From Octopus vulgaris (lineage: Eukaryota), in NCBI GenBank assembly GCA_951406725.2, contig OX597835.1, forward strand, positions 26,598,001 through 26,662,000: a stretch of DNA of 64,000 nucleotides, in the 5' to 3' direction. The position numbers and the translations under genes are program-made. Of the stretch, positions 55,040 through 64,000 are shown piece by piece. How positions within the stretch are numbered: the first letter of the stretch is position 1; the number at the start of each line of letters is the position of its first letter. The notes beneath the pieces were generated by a model. It saw only the letters and a list, made by a program, of their open reading frames with translations. It was not told the origin of the DNA and made no database searches.

Positions 55040-55470
55040 TTGGTTTCAAATTCTAGCAGAAGGCCAACAATTTGCGGGGAGGGGGTAAGTCGATTACATC
55101 CACCCCCAGTGTTCAACTGGTGCTTATTTTATCGACCCCGCAGTGATGAAAAGCAAAGATGACCTCGGTGGAATTTGAACTCAGAACGTAAAGACGGACG
55201 AAATGTCACTAAGCATTTCGTCCATCATGCTAACCATTCCGCCAGCTCGCCGCCTTAACATTCCGTATAATATTGGTTCCAGCTTAAGGCGGTGAGCTGG
55301 CAGAATCGTTAGCACGCCGGACGAAATGCTTTGTGGTATTTCGTCCGCGGTCAAATTCAAATTCCACCGAGGTCGACTTTCGGGGTCGATAAAATTAAGT
55401 ACATCGAACCCAGTTACGTACTGATGTCGATGTAATCGACTTAGTACCTTTGTCTGTCGTTGTTTGTCCC
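55040..55470. mobile_element. Head-to-head SINE B-like pair (55040-55255 minus, 55287-55470 plus)
   Basis: Family matches in opposite orientation about 30 bp apart. Confidence 0.82.
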
Positions 55471-55612
55471 ATCTGTTTCCGTCTACCAAATAAACAGACA
55501 AGGTTTTGGTTAGTCCGAGTTTATAGCAGAAGACACTTGCCGAAGGTGGGACTGGACCCAGAACCATGTGGTTGGTAAGCAAGCTACTTACCACATAGCC
55601 ACTATATATATG

Positions 55613-55987
<375 letters not shown>

Positions 55988-56282
55988 ATGTATGTATGTA
56001 TGTATGTTTGCCTTGCCATGTTTATTCTTAGCCAACTGAGGGTTAATTTCACGCTTGGCTGAGAATGTATTGCTCTGGGGATTTGAACCTGCAAACACTA
56101 ATCTGAGAAAATGAACAAGACGCAGTACAATGTATTAAGTGATATATAAATGATGGGGAGGTCACGGATGGAAAGATTTTGATGACTGGGGTGCTTGGAA
56201 AGGTTTTATCTTGAGGTAAACAGCTCAAGTAATTATAAAAGATGAGTGTGTGTGTGTATATTTGTATGTGTGTTTGTGTAGA

Positions 56283-56329
<47 letters not shown>

Positions 56330-56510
56330 TGTGCGAGAAACAAATTATGAAAATGAGAAACATTGCGCAAGTGTGTGTGTGTATGTGTGTGTGTATACTT
56401 AAGAGAATGTATTACAGTCTGTGCGCGCGCGCGCTTATGTTTGTATGTGTGTGTGTGTATGTGTGCGAACGTGCGATAAAGAAATTATGTGTGTGAGAAA
56501 GAATGTGCAG

Positions 56511-56542
<32 letters not shown>

Positions 56543-57089
56543 ACATAAAATAATGTATTACAGTGTGTGTGTGTGTGCGTGTGTGTATGTGTGTGCGTGT
56601 CTGTATGTGTGTGTCTTTGTGTGTGTGTGAATTTATGTCATGTTTGGCAAGAGTGCTTGTGTCCGTGTGTGGCGGTGAGTGCCTTATTGTGTGGTTGCAT
56701 GTGCGTGTGTGTTTGTGTATGTGTGTGTTTGTGTATGTGTGTGTTTGTGTATGTGTGTGTGTTTGTGCAAAATATTAAACTATGCAACCAAAGAATTCCA
56801 GTTACTGTCGCCTTAAAAGGGTTAATTACCCTCAAAACACACGCACACACACACATGCATATGCACACGTACACACACATACGTATGCACACTTACACAC
56901 ACACGTACACATAGCCACAGCTGCTGTATAAAATGTGACTCATCTTGGCACCAGACATCTTATGACTTTCACACACACACATATATATGTGTGTGTGTGT
57001 GTGTGTGTACCTACATATATATATATATATATATACATACGCATATAAATATATATACCCACATATTACAGACATACACATATGTGTGC

Positions 57090-57128
<39 letters not shown>

Positions 57129-57224
57129 TGCATATGTATATATATATATACATACATACACGCATATACATATATATATATATATACACTCATACATGTA
57201 TATATATACACACACATATTACAG

Positions 57225-57281
<57 letters not shown>

Positions 57282-57351
57282 CATATATATGTATACATAT
57301 ATATGTACTTTTACACATATATAATAACATATATACATAAATATATGTATG

Positions 57352-57396
<45 letters not shown>

Positions 57397-57483
57397 CATA
57401 TATATATATACACAACATATATATTCTACATAAAAGTGCATGTATTTATATATATATGCATATATATATATATAAATAAATGT

Positions 57484-57546
<63 letters not shown>

Positions 57547-57669
57547 GTATATATATATATATAAATATTTAGACGCACACACGTATGTATGTGTATATAT
57601 ATATACACACACACACAGCTTGTTTCTTGTCCGTTGTTTTTCCTCTCTTCCTTTATTATTATTATTATT

Positions 57670-57707
<38 letters not shown>

Positions 57708-58054
57708 TATTCCACATTCCAGAAGCTTTTCATAAAACATTTGGAAAATCTTTAATTGGTGGTAGAGGGGGTTGTAAGGGGTGGGTGATGGTTCGCGACG
57801 CCTTCCTTTGGTCTTCTTGTTGTTGCTGTTGTTGATATTATTGTTATGGTTTCGATTTTGCTCTTACTGTTGAAACTGTTGTTCTGATGTTGTGGATTTG
57901 CTGTTGTTATTGTTGTTGTCGTCTTTCTTCTTCTTTTTCTTCTTCTTCTTCTTCTTCTTCTTCTTCTTCTTCTTCTTCTTCTTCATATATATATGTAATA
58001 CTATACATATCGAATAATAATAATACCTATGTATATATATATATATATATATAT

Positions 58055-58190
58055 AGCGGTTCGGCAAAAGAGACCGATAGAATAAGTACTAGGCTTCCAA
58101 AGAATAAGTCCTGGGGTCGATTTGCTCGACTAAAGGCTGTGCTCCAGCATGGCCACAGTCAAATGACTGAAACAAGAAAAAGAGTAAAGA
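58055..58190 (+). mobile_element. SINE family A 3' fragment
   Basis: Family match. Confidence 0.88.
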
Positions 58191-58316
58191 GTATATATAT
58201 ATATATATATATATATATGGCGGTGCCCCAGCATGGCCACAGCTCGTGAGCTGAAACTAGAATCAATCAATCAATCAATCATATATATATATATATACAC
58301 ATACATAGATATATGC

Positions 58317-58349
<33 letters not shown>

Positions 58350-58374
58350 TGTACACACACACACACAGACACAG

Positions 58375-58428
<54 letters not shown>

Positions 58429-58889
58429 CGGGAAGCTTTATGAAAACATAAACACATACAGCCATACCATACGCATGTTCGCGCGCCCGACGGGCTCCTT
58501 TCGGTTCTCGTTTACGAAACCCATTCACAAGGCTTCGGTCGGCCCGAGGCTATTATGAAAGACATCTCCCCCAAGGTGCCACCCGTTGGCACCGAGCCCG
58601 GAACCATGTGGTTACGAAAGCAAGCTCCTTACCACACAACCACGCCTGCTCCTCCGCAGTTGATGCTGTTCTGCTAAGTACAGCTATTACAGCCAATATT
58701 GTTGCTGCTGCTGTTGCAGCTTCTGTTGTAGCTTCTGTTGTAGATTTTACTGTTTTCTTAAGACCACACCCACACAGCACCATAGTGCCTGCCAGTCATA
58801 ACAACACGCGTACGATCGAAAGTCTTTAAGCGCTCCAAACAGTGACCATCCCGACGGTATTCAACACATTTTTAAACAACGAAATCATG

Positions 58890-58939
<50 letters not shown>

Positions 58940-58942
<3 letters not shown>

Positions 58943-59670
58943 TTTGCTCTTTTGTCATTTGACTGTGGCCATGCTGGAGCACCGCCTTTAGTCGAGCAAT
59001 TCGACCTCAGGACTTATTCTTTGTAAGCTTAGTACTTATCCTATCAGTCACTTTTGCCGAACCGCTAAGTTACAGGGACGTAAACACACCAGCATCGGTT
59101 GTCAATCGATGTTGGGGTGACAAACACACACAAACATATACATACATATATATATATACATATATACGACGGGCTTCTTTCAGTTTCCGTCTACCGAATC
59201 CACTCACAAGGCTTTGGTCGGCCCGAGGCTATAGTAGAAGACACTTACACAAGGTGCCACGCAGTGGGACTGAACCCGGAACCATGCGGTTTGTAAACAA
59301 GCTACTTCCCAACTACATGATTCCGAGTTCAGTCACACTGCGTGGCACCTTGCGCTAGTGTTTTTTACTAGAGCCTTGGGCCGACCAAAGCCTTGTGAGT
59401 GGATTTGGTAGACGGAAACTATGTGGAAGACGACATATAAATATGTATATATATATCTTTATGTCTGTGTTTGTCCCGACCACTGCTTGACAACCGGTGC
59501 TGGTGAGTTTATGTCCCCGTAATATAGCGATTCGGCAAAAAGCGACGGATAGAATAAGTACAAGGTTTGAAAAAGGATATGTACTGGGGTCGATTTGTAT
59601 GGCTTAAACCCTTCAAGGCACTGCCCCAGCATGGGCGCAGTTTTATGACTGAAACAAGTGAAAGACAAAA
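58940..59670. mobile_element. Head-to-head SINE A pair (58940-59310 minus, about 59295-59670 plus)
   Basis: Family matches in opposite orientation with fused heads. Confidence 0.85.
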
Positions 59671-59679
59671 GATGCACTT

Positions 59680-60010
59680 TTACAGGAGCACTCCGTCGGT
59701 TACGACGACGATCGTCCCAGCTGATACGATCAACGGAACAGCCTGCTGGTGAAATTAACGTGCATGTGGCTGAGGACTCCACAGACACGTGTCCCCTTAA
59801 CGTAGTTCTGAGCGAGATTCAGCGTGACACAATGTGTGACAAAGCTGGTCCCTTTGAAATTCGTGTATGACTCATTTTTGCTAGCTCTTTGGACTGGAGC
59901 ATCGTGAAATAAAATGTCTTGCTCAAGGACAAAACGCGTCACCGGGAATTGAACTCACGACTTTACGATTGTGAACCGAATGCCTTAACCACTAAGCCAC
60001 GCGCCTTCAC
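59680..60010 (-). mobile_element. SINE family E
   Basis: Matches 33818-34143. Confidence 0.88.
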
Positions 60011-60682
60011 AGAGATACACTTGTATGTATATATATATATATGTTTATAAACACACATACGTGCATATATATATTTGTATGTATATTGTTTGTAGGATCG
60101 TATATACGTATTGTATTATATATCACAACTATACGTATATACATGTATGCGTGTGTGTGTCTATCTGTGTTTGTATGCGAGGGTGTCTATGTGTTTGTGC
60201 GGATTTCTGTGTATGTTAGTGTGTGTGTTTGTGGGTGTGCCTATGCGTGTGTGTTTGTATGTGTGCATGTTGTGTTTGTGTGTCTGTGGGTATGTATGTG
60301 TGTTGGAGTGTGTGTGTGTGTGTGCGTGTTGGTGTGTGTCTGTGCGTGTGTGTGCGCGCGCGTGTATGCGTGTGTGTGTGTGTGTGTGTGTTGGTGTGTG
60401 CGTGTGTACGTTTCTGTAATGGAGATTCTCATGTTGAAACTTCGCGATGTCTACAAGAATAGCAGCAGCAACAACAACAATAAAAACAACGGTGGCAATA
60501 TTGATAACATCAATTGTATTACCAACAACATTACACACACACACACACACACACAAAGACACACATACACACACACACACACAGATACACACATACCGAA
60601 CAGCCTCGTTACCACTCACCACCAATGCTTAGCTGGCAGTCTGAGAGCGAAGTGCGTTAAAGTCTGGGAACTTCTCAGACAC

Positions 60683-60731
<49 letters not shown>

Positions 60732-60837
60732 AGGTAAAAAACGCATACACACACGCACACTGCTTTCTTTCTTCTCAAATGAAATGCTTGCTGCAACAAT
60801 AAACAGTGGAGCCCCCTTTTATGTTTACATAAACACT

Positions 60838-60875
<38 letters not shown>

Positions 60876-61086
60876 CTCACACGCTTAAGTGTACACTCCC
60901 TCAGAAACACATATGAATATACATGTGTGAGTGTGTGTGTGTGTGTGCGTATGTGTGTGTGCGTGTGTGTGTGTACACTTATATGCATGAAGCACATGCG
61001 TCCGTTTAGACGTGCATATACATACATACATACATACATACATGTATGGATGTATGTACGCAAGTTGGTATATCTGCCTGTATAAA

Positions 61087-61132
<46 letters not shown>

Positions 61133-61389
61133 TACATATATACGTAAATACGCAAATGTATACGTATATATAGATATATACACATACATACATATATACA
61201 TCCATATATACATTTACACTTGTATATATGTGCCTATGTATATAAATGTGTGTGTGTGTATAAATATTTACGTATGTGTATACACACACACATGCACACT
61301 CCAAAACACTCGCACACACGCATGCACATATACATGTATATGTGTATACACACCATAACCATATAAAATATATACGTATATGTTTTATA

Positions 61390-62388
61390 CATGCAGTTAG
61401 TATACGTCAACTCTCAGCCAAATGCTTTTTCACGTCGTAGATCAGATGATAGTCAGATGAGGAGAATGGGGCGGTTGATCAACCATTTCAAAGCCAAAGT
61501 CACTCTCAACAGCTATTGAAAGCAAGGACTTTTGTGCTGAAGCATTGTCTTGATAAAACAGGACGCCTTTTGTCTGTTTTCCCAGCCGTTTGTTCTTGAG
61601 AGTCTTTCGTAACTGCCTCAGCAAGATGGCACATTACGCTCCATTAATGGTGTAACATTTTGAAAGATGACCAACAACCACAATGCGTTTTGCATCCTAA
61701 AACTCGAGGTCATCGCCTTCACTGCAGATGAAACGAACTTGACCTTCTTTGGAGCAGACGAGCAGCGGTGTTGCAACTTCCTACATTGTTTTTTTGTCTC
61801 TGGTTCAAAGTGATGAAGCCAACACTCATCCTAGATTAGAAAACACTCGAGTAAACCAGCTGGATCTGCCTCAAACAATGTCACATTTTCCAGTCATGTC
61901 ATCAGACTGACGTGGGTGTGGTTGTGATATTGTGTGAAAAAAAGACTTATGCCACTGAGCAGAAAACCTTCGTCATGTCAAGTTCATTGTGCAGAATATT
62001 CTCAACACAGCCATGAGATATGTTAATAACATTGGCTCTTGGATTTATAGGCAATCGCCTGTCATCCATCAGCGTGTATAGAACACGATCAATGCTTTCT
62101 TCATTGGTGGCAATTGTAACACGTCCAGGCATTGGGTCAGGTCATCTTCAACACTCTCCCTCCTCCTCTTTCATTCAGCTGCCCGCTTTTTTCACTCTTT
62201 TACTTCTTTCAGTCATTTGACTGCGGCCATGCTGGAGCATCGCCTTTTAGTCGAGCAAATCGACCACAGGCTTTATCTTTGTAATCCTAGTACTTATTCT
62301 ATCGGTCTCTTTTGCCGAACCGCTAAGTGACGGGGACGTAAACACACCAGCATCAGTTGTCAAGCGATGCTGGGAGGACAAACACAGA

Positions 62389-62433
<45 letters not shown>

Positions 62434-62820
62434 ACATATATATATATATATACATATATACGACAGGCTTCTTTCAGTTTCCGTCTACCAAATCCACTCA
62501 CAAGGCTTTGGTCGGCCCGAGGCAAGTAGAAGACACTTGCCCGTTCATAAAGCTGGAGCGCCATCCCCTAATGTAGCAACCATAAACAACATAGATGTCC
62601 TTCGACCCTAAACACCCGTTTTCTGCAATCACTCGATAACAATACGATGCCAAATGTCCTCCTTTTTCAAGACAAGTCGCTGGTAAGTTACTTTCGAAAC
62701 GCTTGAAGGGTCAGACGTCAATTTCCCTGCAAAGAAACGATGCAGTTATTAATAAGAAGGGTTGAAATTAATTTATGCAAGATCTTACAGCTCTAGCATC
62801 ACTCCATAGTCAACCTCGTA
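61390..62820 (-). mobile_element. Near-complete decayed mariner transposon, interrupted by SINE A (62195-62545 minus)
   Basis: Minus strand N-terminal IWHR..MVATLGDGAPAL, then PGRVTIATNEESIDRV..DDRRL..VENILHNELDMTKV and LRQLRKTLKNKRLGKQTKGVLFYQDNA..FEMVDQPPHSPHL (YSPDL equivalent); begins TACGAGG at 62820. Confidence 0.87.
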
Positions 62821-62835
62821 TATATATGTGTGTGT

Positions 62836-63139
62836 GTGGAGGCGCAGTGGCCCAGTGGTTAGGGCAGCGGACTCGCGGTCGTAGGGTCGCGGTTTCGATT
62901 CCCAGACCGGGCGTTGTGAGTATTTATTGAGCAAAAACACCTAAAGTTCCACGAGGTCCGGCAGGGTGGTGGTGGCGATCCCTGCTGTACCTTTTCGCCA
63001 CAACTTTCTATCACTCTTTCTTCTGTAGGCCTGCTCGCTTAGCCAGCGTGGTGGCGTCATTTGAAGGCTAAAACAATGTGAAGCGCATTGTGACCAGCGA
63101 TGTGTAGCAATATCTGATAGCCTGGTCGATCACGGTGAT
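62836..63139 (+). mobile_element. SINE family C, full length
   Basis: Family match. Confidence 0.92.
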
Positions 63140-63604
63140 ATGTGCATATATATATATATGTATATATTATTTATATTATATGATTGAACACCATGCATCC
63201 TCTTCCAAGGAAGTTATATATATATTCTAAGAAAGTTAGAGGTTGTGAATCCAACCAACTAAGGGATAATATCTATCCAATATTGAACTGGTAGAATACC
63301 CAATTATTAATACGCAAGTGTTTTTTTATTGCATTGCAATTACATTACCGAGTGTACTAAATGGGTGAAGGTAAAGAGATATTTTACCATTAATTTATAT
63401 AGCAATAAGAAAATGGAGGGGATCAATAGGTGATTCATCAACTTTTAGATATTATATTATGTCAACTTATTTATTTATTTACTAAAATGACAATTACAAG
63501 AATATACATACATGTATAACATATGCTTTACATATTATATATTAATATATAAAGATACCAGTAATTATTAAAATATAATATATAGGAATATAAACTGGGA
63601 TAAT

Positions 63605-63729
63605 AACTTACAGCTGTTTCAGCCAAGAGGCAAAAATACCTCATTTTACCTTTATTCCTCCAGCAGACTGAAGTAATAAGTAGATGAAATTGAGGTACTT
63701 GGTTGTTACTCTAGGCTTCGTCAGAGATT
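63605..63729 (-). ncRNA. Type I hammerhead ribozyme motif with long stem II
   Basis: Minus strand CTGACGA-AGCCTAGAG..TACCTCA....TGAGGTA..CTCTTGGCT-GAAA-CAGCTG-TA; palindromic stem III, GUA triplet, weak stem I. Confidence 0.65.
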
Positions 63730-63759
63730 TTTTAAAGTATATAAGGTTAAGTTATAAAT

Positions 63760-64000
63760 AAACTTAGATATGTTTCGACCAAAGATTGGTCCAGGCCATG
63801 TCTAACTTAATAGCACACCTGATAGGATTATTTGAATCCTGTTTAAGACGAGTTTTGCTTATGGTCCATTCAAGTAGTGAGATTTTGTTGGGTGAGTTGT
63901 ATCCAATTATGGGTGGCTTATCTGGTATTCCTTGAAGGAATCTATCCAGACTCCGTTTAAAGTTGATGGAATCCTTTTCCTCTTTGATCTCTTTCGGGAC
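63760..64000 (-). mobile_element. CR1/L2-group LINE 3' end, continuing beyond the window
   Basis: Minus strand VPKEIKEEKDSINF(frameshift)KRSLDRFLQGIPDKPPIIGYNSPNKISLLEW, then a 3' stem-loop and TAAGTT-like tail. Confidence 0.72.

Overview
Eukaryotic (animal), AT-rich, extremely repeat-dense intergenic/intronic DNA. I cannot support any host protein-coding gene. Nearly all ORFs in the supplied track are artefacts of (TA)n, (CA)n, (TATG)n, (GATA)n and (CAT)n microsatellites. The tRNA-derived SINE families and the microsatellite load resemble an Octopus (coleoid cephalopod) genome; this is inference, not verified. Content: about 30 copies or fragments of one microsatellite-bearing SINE (family A); at least four other modular SINE families (B-F); decayed LINE pieces (RTE, R4/Dong, CR1-group); three copies of an 8-bp-TSD MITE carrying TTAGGG repeats; two non-autonomous Helitrons; mariner and pogo/Tigger remnants. 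The most notable signals are (1) a dispersed set of short (TA)n-associated elements carrying minimal hammerhead-ribozyme motifs, several with an extra A in the core, (2) a CATGGCC-NN-stem-loop-GAAAC 3' signal shared by a SINE and a LINE with different stem sequences, and (3) a microhomology-flanked inverted templated insertion inside a SINE head. Family letters are my own labels and coordinates of degraded repeats are approximate.
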